DNA from: Rebecca billardiae RCC1528
Lineage: Eukaryota; Protista; Haptophyta
Length of the DNA stretch: 64,000 nt
Assembly: GCA_965240325.2 (NCBI GenBank)
Contig: OZ251233.1
Location: 248,001-312,000 of the forward strand
Direction: 5' to 3'
Numbering within the stretch: the stretch's first letter is position 1; each line of letters starts with the position of its first letter. The position numbers and the translations under genes are program-made. The notes below the pieces were generated by a model. The model did no database searches, had not been told where the DNA came from, and saw only the letters and a list, made by a program, of their open reading frames with translations. Shown here in pieces: positions 22,701 through 35,400 of this stretch.

Positions 22701-25048
22701 CCCGAGCGCGCGGTGCAGATGTTCACCGACCTGCGCCAGTGGGAGGAGGCGCGCGCCTTCTCCGGCAGCGCCGGGCTCGCCAACCTGGGCGAGCTCGCGC
22801 GGCTGCAGGCGCAGTGGGCGGAGGAGTCGGACGACTGGCGCGCGGCCGCGGACACGTACCTCGCGGCGGGCGACACGCTGCGCGCGATCCGGCTGATCGG
22901 CGAGCGCGGCGGCGACATGCAGAAGCTGGGCGAGGTGATGCGCTCGCTGCCGCAGACGTCTCGGGAGGAGCTCGCGCTGTGCGCACAGCTGCTGCGCAAG
23001 GGCGGCGCGCACCGTGCGCGCGCGCGCCGCGCCGCGCCCGCCCTGAGCGCCGCGCGCCTGCGCGTCTGCTCGCGCGCGCGCAGTGCGCGCCGCCCCGCCC
23101 GCGCCGCACTGACGCGCGTGCCATCGGCGCGTGCCTGCGCCGCGTGCCTGCGCCGCGCGCGCGCCCCTCCTCTCTCGCCCTCGCTCCCTCTCGCGCTCTC
23201 TCGCTCGCGCGCGCGCAGCCCTCGCGAAGGAGGCGCTGGGCAAGCTGGGCGACGTGCCTGCGCTGGTGGGCCTGGCGGTGGAGTCGGGCCAGTGGCAGGA
23301 GGCGGTCGAGCTGGCGCGCAAGCACCCGCAGCACGGGCCGCAGGTGTACCTGCCGTACGCGGACTGGCTGGCGCTGCAGGACCGCTTCGCGGAGGCGCAG
23401 GACGCGTACAAGAAGGGAGGCAGGCCAGAGCAGTCCGTCGCCATGCTCGAGGCGCTCGCGCACAACGCGGTCGTCGAGTCGCGGCACGCGGGTGCGCCGC
23501 GCGCCGCGCGCCGCGCGCGCAGCGCGCAGCGCGCCCGCACGGCGGTGCCGCCGCGCCCGGCGGCTGCTGACTGCCGCGCGGTGGCGCCGGCGGCGCGCAC
23601 GCGATGCGACGGCGCGCGCCTCGCGCGCAGACGCCGCGCACTATCTCTTCCTGCTCGCCGTCGAGCGGCTCAAGGCGGAGGTGGCGGCGGTGCGGCGCGC
23701 CGACGGCGGCGGCGGCGGCGCGGACGGCGGCGGCGGTGGCCGTCGCCGCTCCGACACGGCCGCCGCCGCGGCCGAGCTCGCCGCGCTGCGCTCGTTCGAG
23801 TCGACGTACGGCCGCTCGGAGCTGTACTACGCCTACTCGCTGGTGCACCGGTACTCGGAGGAGCCCTTCACCACCGAGCAGCCGGAGACCATCTTCCAGA
23901 CGTGCCGGTCCGCGCGCGCGCACACCGCCCCACGCGCGCGCGCGGCGCGCCCCACGCGCGCGCGCGCGCTGCCGCGGCCGGCCCCGCCCTTTGGCGCCCA
24001 CGGCTTGGCGCCGCTGCGAACTGCCCTCCGCGCGCGCCGCAGCTTCCTGCTGGCGCGGATGGCGCGCGAGTCCCCGTGGGGCGTCTCCAAGGTGAACGTG
24101 CTCTCCGCGCTCGCCAAGCAGTCGCGCACGCTCGGCGCCAACAAGCTGTCGCGCTACGCATTTGAACGGCTGGGCGCGTACCGGCTGCCGCCCGCGTGGC
24201 GCGACCAGGTGGAGCTGCAGAGCATCGCCGTGCGCGCGCGGCCGTTCGCAGACGCGGAGGAGCTGCTCGCCGTGTGCTACCGGTGTGCGCACACACCGCG
24301 CGCACCGCCAGCCGCGCGCGCACCGCGGCGCGCCGCCCCGAGCACGGTGCGCGCCTCGCGGCCGCGCTCGCGCGCTCACACGCCGCGCCGCGCCGCGCCG
24401 CCGCGCGCGCGATCGGCGCGCAGCTGCCAGACGACAAACCCGCTGCTCAACTCGGCGGGCGACGAGTGCGTCGCGTGCAAGCACCCGTTCGTGCGCTCGT
24501 TCGCCACGTTCGAGCCGCTGCCGCTCGTGCGCTTCTCGCTGCCGCCGCACATCTTCGCGGAGGAGGCGCAGAGGCTGATCGCGCGCGAGCCGCCGCCGCG
24601 CGCGGCGTCCAAGCGCGTGCAGCCGCAGTCCAACCCGTGGCGCGAGGTCGACACGGGCGGCGCGCAGGTGCTCTCGCTCGGCAACGAGGACCTGGACGAC
24701 GGCATCGACTCGGACGACCCGTTCCTCGCCGCGCTGCTCGGGTACGAGTCGGCGGCCGCGGCGGGCGGCGGCAGCCCCGACGGCGGCGGCGGCGGCAGCG
24801 GGTACGTCCCCGTCGAGGTGGACGAGGGCATGCTGCTCGGCTTCAAGCGCGAGGAGGTGTTCGTGCAGAAGTGGATGGGCGACAACCCGAGCACGTGGGC
24901 GTGGTGGAAGAACATGGTGCCCGAGATTGCGATCTCGCAGTGCTCGTCGTGCCACCACTTCTTCCAGGGCGAGGAGTGGGAGTTCGCCGTCCTCTCCAAG
25001 GGCTGCTGCCCGTTCTGCCGCGCGCCGCAGGACTCGTCAGACCCATGA
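19715..25048 (+). CDS. IFT122: Intraflagellar transport protein 122 (IFT-A core). Exons 19715-19747, 19946-19997, 20114-20551, 20708-20911, 21075-21838, 22018-22101, 22284-23013, 23219-23491, 23631-23907, 24043-24282, 24424-25048 (1239 aa).
   Basis: Diagnostic peptides [97 protein letters not shown] and C-terminal CPFCR. Ten GT-AG introns give a 3720-nt CDS. Confidence 0.97.
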
Positions 25049-26434
25049 GCCGCATCAGCGGGGCGCGCGAGCAGCCGCGGGCGACCCCGCAGAGCCATGC
25101 GCCGGGCGACAGCCGAGGGCCGGGTTGATCGCTCGCCGGGCCCAGCGCAGGCCCGTCCTCGCTGCGCCACGGCCCGCGGCAGCGCGATCTGATGCCTTCT
25201 GCAGCCTGGAGTGCAGCGGCGGGCCCCGACTCAGCTTACTGCTCAGCCCGCGCGACTCGTCGCGGATCCGCGGCCGGATCGATGGCAGCCGCGCGCCGCC
25301 GCGCGCCGCCGCGCCCCGCGGCCCAAAGTCCAAACCGCGCGCCGCTGACAACAACAACTGAATGAACACAGCGCCATGGATCCGCCGGAACTGCTCCGAC
25401 TCCGTAGTCCGTGCTGGTAGTAGTAGTGGTACGCGACCGTGCTGCGCATATAACCGCGCCCCTCTTTGACCGGCCACACCGCACACGGGCACAGACGCCC
25501 GCTCACGCTGCCACACTCCCACAGTGTCTAACGATGACTGATGAGAACTACTATATATATATGTCTAGCCGTCCTCGCGAACGCCGACGCCAACTGCTGG
25601 CCGAAGGTGGGCACGCCGCCTGGCATGTCGATGCCGAGGCGGCTGCATGTGTTCCTACTCAGTGGGATTTACGTGTCCTCATGCCTTGGCGAGCGGCAGC
25701 AGATGCGGTGGGCATGCCGCTCGCCGTCGACGAGACGCGTTGCCGAAAGATGTTGGTCGGTGCACGCGACGCGCCACCCGCGTGCGAGCCGCCGCCGCCG
25801 GCGACGCAGGACGAGCTTGGCTGGAGCCATCTCGCATGCCGCGCCTGGCGAAGCAGGCGGCAGAGGCCGGCGCCGGAAACAGATCTCCTGGGCGGCAGAA
25901 AGAACAACCCGGACAGACTGTTTGTCCGGGAGCAGCGCCCTTTGAGGCGATGGTCTGGTAGAGGGCGATGTGGCTGATGAGCAGCGCTGGCGCCCGGCGT
26001 TCTTGTCGTCCTCTTAGACAATCAGTTATTGTACCAATAACCCCACATATAGTCGGGCCAACCTGCGTCGGCGGCCCGCCTTGGCAACATGGCCACTGAC
26101 GGCCGGTAGAGCCGGCAGTAAGGCAGGATCCAGGCTGAAGCTCTCACCGCAGAGTTGGCGGCGCCCGACGCGCGCCGCGCGCGCGCGAGAGTGTCAGACA
26201 GTGACTGAGTGAGTAGCCGGGTGTCCCGGTCGCAACGGCAAACGGTCGCTCGTCAGGAGGGCTCCCAACTCTGACAGGCGAACCGGACTCCAAGAACGGA
26301 GCCCTCGCTGGCTCCGGACCGCGCTGGAAAGGCATAATCGAAATGCGAGCAACGGCCACTGGCAAGCGCAGACGTGCTGCTGGCTTGAACGTGGCGGAGT
26401 GAGGCGCGCGGCACACACTCAGCCCGCCCGCACG

Positions 26435-29400
26435 ATGGTCTGGGCCGCCACGCGCGGGTTCCCGGGCCGGAGAGCAGGCTCGAGAGCGGAGCCACCTCGC
26501 GTGGCCGTCTCGCTCGCAAGCCTTCTCGTGTGCTCCCACGCGCTACTGTGCGCGGCCGCAGCGACGTTCGAGGGGAGGGCCGAGTGGCTGGCGTGCCTCG
26601 CCGCCCCGTCGGCGTGCTCGTCTCTCGCGATCGTCGGGGACGGTCTGAGTGGTTCGATCCCGACGACGATTGGGCAGCTCTCAGAGCTCAGCTCGCTGTA
26701 CGCCGCCGCGACCCGCGCGCGCGTTCACATCCGCGCGTCAGCACAACGGGACGAGCGCGCGCGAGCGCGCGCGCGCCGACGCGTCCGCGCGCGCGGTGTG
26801 CGCCCCCGTCGCGCGCGCGCAGCGACGTGAAGCTGAATCGACTGAGCGGCGTGCTCCCGACCGAGCTCGGCATGTGCACGCGCCTCGTCGAGCTGAACGC
26901 GCACTCGAACCGGCTGAGTGGCAGCGTTCCGTCCGAGCTGGGCGCCCTGAGCGGCGTGAGCTACCTCGGGCTGTTCGACAACGCGATGGCGGGCGCGGCG
27001 CCGACGGAGCTGGGCCTGCTGGCGCAGTTGCAGTACCTGCTGCTGCAGGGCAACGGCCTCAGCCAGCAGCTACCCTCGGAGCTCGGCGAGCTGCGCGCGG
27101 TCGAGGAGCTGCAGCTGCAGAGCCAGCGGCTGCAAGGCGCCATCCCGACCGAGCTCGGCCGCATGAGCGCGGTCACGCTGTGGTGCGCGCGCGCGCGGGC
27201 GCACGCGGGCTCGCGACGGCGGTGCGCTCGCGCGACCGTGCCGCCACGCGACTCACGCGCGGCCATCGGCACGCCTCGCCCGCGCGTGCGCGCGGCGCCG
27301 GTCGTGCCCCGGCCGCAGGGACGTGAGCAAGAACGAGCTGACCGGCTGCCTGCCCACGCAGCTGGGCGACGCGCGCGCCATCCTGCGCATGCACGCGGAC
27401 TCGAACGCGCTCGGCCGCGCGCCGGGCGCGCCGTGCACGCTGCCCACGGAGCTCGGCCGCCTCTCCCGCCTGGAGGAGCTGCGCGTGGACAAGAACGCGC
27501 ACATCCGCGGCACGCTGCCGACCGAGCTGGGCGAGTGCGACGCGCTGCGAGGGCTGTACCTGCGGAGCAACGCGGTGAGCGGCCAGCTGCCCACCGAGCT
27601 CGCGCGGCTGCCCGCCCTCGAGCGCGTGGACGCGACGAAGAACCGGCTCGGCCCGCAGGCCCTCCCGCCCGCGCTGTGCGCCTCGAGCTCGCTGCGGCAG
27701 CTGCTGCTCTCGAACAACCGCTTCAGCCAGCCGCTGCCGACCGCGCTCGGCGCGCTCTCGTCGCTGCAGGGCCTCAACGTGGGCGGGAACAGCATCGGTG
27801 GGGCGCTGCCGACGGAGCTGGGCCTGCTGCCCGAGCTGAGCTCGCTCACGGTGCAGAAGAACGCGCTGGCCGCCGCGCTGCCCACCGAGATTGGCAACCT
27901 GGGCGCGCTCGCCACGCTGCATGCGCGGCAGGCGGTGCTGACCGGCTGCCTCCCCACAGAGCTCGGCCGCGCGTCCAGCCTGACCAAGGCGATCTTCGCC
28001 GCGAATGAGCTGGGCTGCGAGCTGCCCACCGAGATCGGCCAGCTTGGCGCCCTCGCCGAGCTCTCAGCCGAGCAGAACGCGCTGCGCTGGCCGCTGCCCA
28101 CCGAGATGGGCGCCCTCTCGTCCGTCGTCGCCATGTGCGCGCGCTGCGGCTGCGCGCGGCACGGCGCCACACGCCGCGCGCGCTGCGGCTCACGGCGCGC
28201 GCGCCCACCCTGCCCTCCGGCCTGCGTCGTGCGCGCGCGCGCGCGCGCGCACGCCCTCGTAGCCACCTGTCGAAGCAAGCGCCCGACGCAGGCCCCGGAG
28301 GCGCGCCCGGCGGCGGCTGCCTCCCGACGGAGCTGGGCGAGCTGTCGTTGCTCGTGCACTGGACGCAGGAGGAGGCGGCGCTGTGCGGCGCGCTGCCCAC
28401 TGAGCTCGGGCGGTGCGCGGCGCTGGAGGAACTGTGCGCGCGATGCTTGCACGGCTGCGCCGCGCGCCCGGCCGGAACCGAGCCGCGCGCTGCTCACGCG
28501 CGCCGCCCCGCCGCGCGTGCGCGCGCGCGCGCACCCCGCGACGGGCGCAGCAAGCTCTTCGACAACAGCCTCTCTGGCACGCTGCCGACGGAGCTGGGCG
28601 GCGGGTGCCCTGCGCTGGCAGACCTGCAGCTCCAGGGCAACGCGCTCAACGGCACGCTGCCGACTGAGCTCGGCGCGCTGGGCAGCCTGCGCGACTGGTG
28701 CGCGATGCGCTACGAGCGCCCAAGCGCCCGAGCGCCGAGCGGGCGGGCGCGCTCGACGGCGGCCCCGCGCCGCGGCCTCGCCCTCGCGCGCGCGTGACGC
28801 GCCCCCCGCGCCGCGCTCGTGCGCCCCTGCGCCGCGCAGCCAGCTGCAGGCGAACGCGCTGAGCGGCCCTGTCCCCTCCGAGCTGGGCGCGTGCGGCGCG
28901 CTCGGCACACTCAAGCTGCACGGCAACAGCCTGGGCGGGCAGCTGCCGCCAGAGCTGGACGCGGCGCCGCTCACGAGCGCGTGCGTGCTCACGCAGCCGA
29001 GCCCGCCGAGGACCAACGCGTTCATCGGCTCGGCGCCCGCGGCGCTCCTCGAGCGGTGCGAGCTCACCCTCCTCCCGCCGCCACCCTCGCCGCCCGCGCC
29101 GCCGCCCCGGCTCGACGTCGAGGAGTACCTGGCGCTCGAGCTCAACTTGAGCGCCGCTCAGTTTGGCAACGCGGCCGAGGGCGCGCTCGGACGGATCGGC
29201 GCAGAGCTCGGCGTGAACGCGTCGCGCCTGTCGTACGAGCTGGTCGTGCAGCTCGCCGACGGCACGACGAAGGTGGTGGTCAAGGTGAGCACGGACCCGA
29301 CGGCAGGCGAGGCCAAGGCGGAGCCCACCTCGCGCTTCACGCCGGGCAGCGGCGCGGAGGGCGCGCCCGCTTCGCTCGAGCAGCTGTCTGCGCGGCTGGG

Positions 29401-32400
29401 CCTGCCTTTGCTGGGCCTGCCGTACAACCACGTGCCGCCCTCGCCGCCGCCGCCGCCCTCGCCCGCGCCCGCGCCGCCGCCTGCGCCCCCGCCGCGCTCG
29501 CCGCCGACGCCGCCGCCCGCGCCGCCGCCGAGCTCGCCGCCGCGACCGCCGCCGCGACCGCCGCCGCCGCCCTCGCCGCCGCGCTCGCCGCCGTCGCCGC
29601 CCCCGCCGCCGCCCGCCTTGCCGCCGGGCCACGGGCTTGAGGGCCCGGAGCTCGTGCACGGCGCCCTGGTCCGCCTCGGCCTCGCACCTGGCTCACCTGG
29701 ACTGCCCGTCTTCGGCTCGCGCTTCTCGGAGAACGAGACGCACGGCGTGGTCGTGGCGCCCGTGCCGCTCGGACTGCCAGCTGCGGCGGGCTCGGCGGCC
29801 GCGGGCGCGGAGGCGGCGGACGAGGGCGCTGACGAGCGCGCGCTGGGCGAGGTGCGCGCCGCGTCGCACGGGCTCGAGCTGGGCGCGGCGCTCGGGCTCG
29901 AGCTCAACGCCTCGTTCGTGCTCGCGCCGCCGCCCCTGGCCAACCTGAGCTGCGTCGCGCGCACGGCCGAGCTCTGGCCAAGCCGGGCGGACGCGCGCGT
30001 CGTCTGCCTCCTGCGCGACGGCGCAGGCGGCGTAGGCGTGCGGCGCGAGGGGCTGCAGCTTCAGCTCGAGGTGCGGACGGCGGACGAGCGGCAGCTCGCG
30101 CTCGACGCGCCGTGCGAGCTGCTGCCCGGCGGTGGCGACGACGGCGCGAGCGTCGCCCTCGCCGAGTGCCGCGCGATCCTGCCGCCGGCCTGGTTTGACG
30201 GCGCAGAGCCGGGCGGCGTGGCGTCGGCGCGCGCGCTCGTGCGCGCGTCGAGCGCCGACGCCACGGGCGCGGCGATCGCCACGGCCGAGCCGGCTGAGCC
30301 GCTGTTGCTGCACACGCCCGCGCACAGCGGGTACGTGCCGCCCGGCCCAGGCGTGCTCGTGCGCCTCCCCGCCGCGCCGATCTTCCCGGGAGACGAGTTC
30401 CAAGTCGAGCTCCTCGCGCAGACGGGCGCGGGCGCCGAGCGCGCGCTGCACGGCTGGCAGCTGTCCTTGCAGTTCAACGCGTCGCTGCTGCAGCTGCTGA
30501 GCCACGCGCACGACGCACGCGTGTACGAGGCGCCGGCGGTGGCGGTGGACGACGCGCGGGGCTGGGTGCGCGCCGTCGCCGCGGGCCTGGCCCCGGCCGC
30601 GCACGCGGCGAACGCGAGCGGCGCGGCGGTGCCGCTGCTCGTTCTGACGATGCGCCTCCGAGACGACGCGCGGCCGGGCGCGCGCGTCGGCGCCATCCTC
30701 GGCGGCACCGCGCACGAGCTGCTCGACGCGTACCACCAGCCGATCGTGCGCGGCGCGGCGCTGCGCGTGGCCGACGCGCGCGGCGGCGCGGCGGGCGGCG
30801 AGGGCGAGCTCGAGGTGGCCGCCCCCACCGTCGCCGCCGTGCTCGCCTACCCCGAGCGCGCCGAGCTGGTCAATCTGGCGCCGCTCTCGGCGGCGCTGCG
30901 CAACGCGTCCACGCGCGTGCGCGTGCTCGAGCTGAGCAGCCGCGCGGCGACGCCGCCCGCGGACGCGCCGCTCGGCGCGTACGCGTGCGCCGGCGCGGAT
31001 CCGCGCGTTCTCCACGTCGACGCGTCGGCGTGCGCCGCGCACGCGCACGCCGGCCACGCCGCCGGCGCCGCCGCGTCCGCGGTCGCCGTGCGCGACGCGC
31101 GCAGCGGCGCGCTCGTCGCGCGCACCTCCGTGCGCGTGTGGTTCCCGCTCAACGCCTCGGTCGAGCTGGCGGACGGCCGCGACGTGCTCAGCCCGCTCGT
31201 GGGCGGCGGCGGCGACCCGGCGCCGCGCTCGCACCAGTCGGTCGAAGCGTCCGTCGTCGTCGTGCTCGGCGGCGCAGGCCTGCTGCGGAGCGCGAGGCTC
31301 GACGCGACGCGGCTCGTGACGCTCGAGTCGAGCGACCAGGCGGTGGCGGCCGTCGAGCTCGACGGCGCGAACGGGACGAGCGGCGCGGTGCGCGTGCGCG
31401 GCGTCGGCCCCGGCGTGGCGAGCATCCGCGTGCGCGGCGCGACGCGCCTCCTCGAGGCGCACGTCACCGTCACGCCCGCGCCCGCGCTGCCCGTCGTGCG
31501 GCTGGTCGTCGTGGCGTTCAGCGCCGCCGCGTACGCACCGCTCCCGCCCGACAGCGCGCGCGCCGGCGAGCCGTTCGAGGCGCGGCTCGTGCTCGAGCAG
31601 GCGCTGACGCACGAGGGCGCGCGCGCGGCCGTCCTCGTGCATGCGGTGCTGGCCGACGGATCCGTGGAGCCGGTGCCTCCGCGCGAGCTGGCGCTGCGCA
31701 GCCTGAGCCCAAGCCTCGCCGTGCGCGCGCCCGCGGCGGCCGGCGGCGCCGCGCGCGCGGATGTGCCGTGGCGCGTGGAGGTGGTGCGCGGGGCCGCCTC
31801 GGTGAGCGGCGAGCTCCTCGAGGCCACGTGGCTCGCGCGCGGCGCCGAGCCCGGCGCGGCCAACGAGACCGCCGGCGGCGCCGGTGCGCCCACCGGCCGT
31901 GGGCTTGTCCGTGTCGCTCTGACGCCGGCGGTTTCGCTGGCGCTGCGCGCGTCCGCGGCGCGCCTCGCGCCTCCGGGCGACGGCGCGACCGAGGCGCCGC
32001 TGCGCGTGCCCGCCGCGCTCGAGCTGCGAGCCATCGTCACCTTCGCCGATGGCTCGGCACGCGAGGTCGCGCCCGACGACGCGCGGCTGGGCGTGAGCAT
32101 CGCAGGCGGCGCGGCGTGCGCCACGTACGATGCGGGCGCGCGCACGGTGGCGGTGGCGGCTGGCGCGGCCTGCGCGCGCGTCAACGTGAGCGCGACGCTG
32201 GGCGGGCTCGGGCTCGCGGAGCCCGCACGCGCCGAGCTCTCCGTCCCCGTGCTCGCGGCGGCGGGCTTGAGCTTGACCGCCACGCCGTACCCGCCATACC
32301 CGGGCTCGGGCGCGCTGGGCGTGCGCGCGCTCGCGCGTGTCGGCGCGTCGCGCGCCTACCAGCGCGCGCGGCTGGTGTCGACGGTGCGGCTGAGCGACGG

Positions 32401-35400
32401 CTCCGCGCAGGACGTGAGCGCAGCGGCCGCGCTCGCGTCGGACGACAGCGCGGTGGCGGCGCTGGTCGCGCCGGGCGTCGTCGCGGGCGTCGCGCCGGGC
32501 GCGCTCAGCCTGAGTGCGAGCTGGGCGGGCCTCTCCGCGCAGCTGCCGCTCAGCGTGATCGATGCGTCCGTCGGGATCTCGTCTGTCAACCTGAGCCTGC
32601 CCGGGGCCGACCGAGCCGACCAGCCGATCGCGCTCGGCGGCGTCGCGGGCGAGCCGCGGCAGCTCGCCGCGCGCGTCGAGCTCGCCGACGGCACCGTCCT
32701 CCCGGATGCGTGCGCCCTCGGCGCGCTTGCCGGGCTGGCCCCGTTCGCCAACGTCTCCGAGCTGCTCAACTTCAGCTCGACCGAGCCCGCGGTGCTCGCG
32801 GTCTCGGCCGAGGGCGTGGCGCGCGCGTGGCGCAACACGCTCGCGGCCGAGCCGGTGCGCGTCTCCGCCACGGCGCGCGGCGACGGCGGCGCGGACGGCG
32901 GCGGCGGCGGCGGCGCTTCGGACGAGCTGGCACTGGCCGTGAACCTCGCGCCGCGCGCGGGCGACGTCGACCTGGGCGCCGCCGAGGGCGCGCCCGCGCT
33001 GGCGCAGCGGGGCGAGACGGTGCGCGTGCCGGTGCGCGGGTACGTCGGCGGCTCGGCCGAGTCGGTCGTGAACATGCACATTGAGCTCGAGCTCGACGCG
33101 GCCGTTCTGCGCGCGGTCTCGTGCGTGTCGGCGCTGCGGTGGGTGCGGTGCGTGATCAACGACCCGCCCGACCGCGTCCGAATCGTCGGCAACACCGAGG
33201 GCACGGACCGGGTCGGCGAGCAGGCGGCGGGCGGCGCGGCGGCGGGCGGCGGGTTTGCCGACATCGCCGAGCTGAGCTTCGCCGTGCTGCAGGACGCCGA
33301 GAGCACGTGCCTCAGCGGGCGCGTGCGCGAGTGGGTCACCCGCGCCGCGGGCGGCGCCGAGCTGCGGCACGGGGCGCGCGAGATCGGCGCGGGCGCGGCG
33401 TGCGTCGCCACGCGCGCGCCCGCGCGCCGCGCGCTCGGCGAAGCGCCCCTCGCGCCGCCGCCGCCCGCTCGGCCGCGCGCCGCGCGCGCGCTCTCGGCGG
33501 AGGGCGCATGCGCGGGCTGCGCCGCGGGCGTGCTCGGCGACGTGGACGGCGACTGTGCCTTCACCTCGTACGACGTGCGCGTGCTCACGAGGCACCTCGC
33601 CGCGGGCGGCGGCCCCGGCGCGGAGCCGGCCGCGTGCGCGCACGCGCTCGACCCGACGCTGGACGGCGTGCTGAGCGCGCACGACGCGCTCTACACATTC
33701 CTCGCGGTGGCGGGCAAGTACCGCTTCGTCACGGACTTCGGCTTCGCGCAGCCGCCGCCGCGCGTGGGCTCGGAGGACGCGCTCGAGCCGCGCGCGACCG
33801 TGCGCACGCACGAGGGCGCGCCCGCCGACGGCGCGCAGACGAGCATGCACTTTGAGATTGCGCTCGAGACGTCGGCCGCGGGCGGCGCCGGCGCGTCTGA
33901 CGAGCCGGACGCGGCGCTGCCGGCAGACCTCGAGCTCGTCGTGCCGAATGGCACGCTCGTGCGCGCGACGGCGCGCGGCCGGTGGCTCGTGCGCGCCGAG
34001 GCGCAAGGCGAGGGCGTCTTTGCCGCGCGCGTGTGGCCTGCGGGCGGCTGGCCGGGCGGCGCGGCGCGCGTGAGCGCCGCGCTGCTGCTCGAGACCACAG
34101 ACGCGTTGGGTGGGAGCGAGGGCGAGGGCGTGGGCGGCGCGGAGCGGCGCGCGGCGTTCCTGGGTAGCGCGGCCGACCCGTTCGGCGGCGCCGGCGCGTC
34201 GTTCACCCCGCTCTTCACCGCCGCCGTCGAGCGCGCACCGCCGAGCCCGCCGGCCGCGCCGCCGCCGCCGGCCGCCGCACTGCTTCTGCTGCCGGGCGCG
34301 CTCGGCGGCTCGGAGGCGGGCCCCAGCGTGACTGCTCAGGAGGCGACGCTCGCGACGGCCGGCGGCTGGTCGCGCCTCGCCGTCGCGCTCGCGCTCGCGG
34401 CCGCCGCGCTGTGCTGCCTGCTGCTCCTGTGCTGCGGCGCGTGCCGCTCCTTTGCTCGCGACGCCAAGGCGGCTGGAGCGCTCGCGACCCGGCGCGCCCG
34501 ACGCCCGTCTGACGAATCCGAGATTGAATCTCTGTGCGGCGTGTCGACGCCGCGCGCCGACGCGCTCAACGTGACGCCGCGCGATCGAGCGCCGCCCATC
34601 TCGCCGCGCGACGCGGACTCGCCGTTTGTCCGGCTGGAGAGCGCGCGGCGCGCGGCGCGGCCTGGGCGGGCGGCGGCGAACACGGCAGGCGGCACGCTCC
34701 TCGCCGCCGTCGCCGCCGCCTCGCGCGCCAAGCAGGACGACGAGCCGCCCTACTCGCCCGCGTCCAGCTCGGCGCTGCCGTCGCGCGCGGCCGAGACCGC
34801 GCGCTCGGTCGCCGCCGCCGCGCCCACGGCCGCCAAGCACGACGAGGATCCGCCGTACTCGCCCTCCTCGAGTGCCCTGTTCGAGTTGGGCGACCTCAGC
34901 GCCGAGCCGCGCGCGCCGCACGGTGCCCACCTCGGCGGTGGCGGCGGCGCAGCGGGTGGCAAGCGCGACGAGGAGCCGCCCTACTCGCCCGCGCGCAGCG
35001 ACGGCTGCAGCGACGGCTGCAGCTGCAGCTGCGCGTCCACCGCGGAGGCGACCACCGCGCCGGGCTCCGCCGCCGCGCTCAGCCCGGCCGGCGTGCGGCT
35101 CGAGAAGCGCGGCGCTGGGCCGTCGCTTGTGCCGGGGCTCAACCTGACCGCGCTCGGCGCGCGCTGGCTCTGGCGCGCGCCGAGCGCCACCGGGCAGCAC
35201 CAGCCCGCGGCGGCGGCGCCCGCGGCGTGCGCGCCGAGCACGCGCCGCACGACCCTGTCCTCCGTGGGCTTCCCGCTGTACACGGACCGCAGCGAGACGG
35301 ACGCGCCGCAGCCGGGCGCGGCGGGGCTCGGCGCGCCGCCGCACCGCGCGCACGCGCCGCCGCTCGCGCACGCGCCGCGCGGCTGCGCCTCGTCCGCCTC

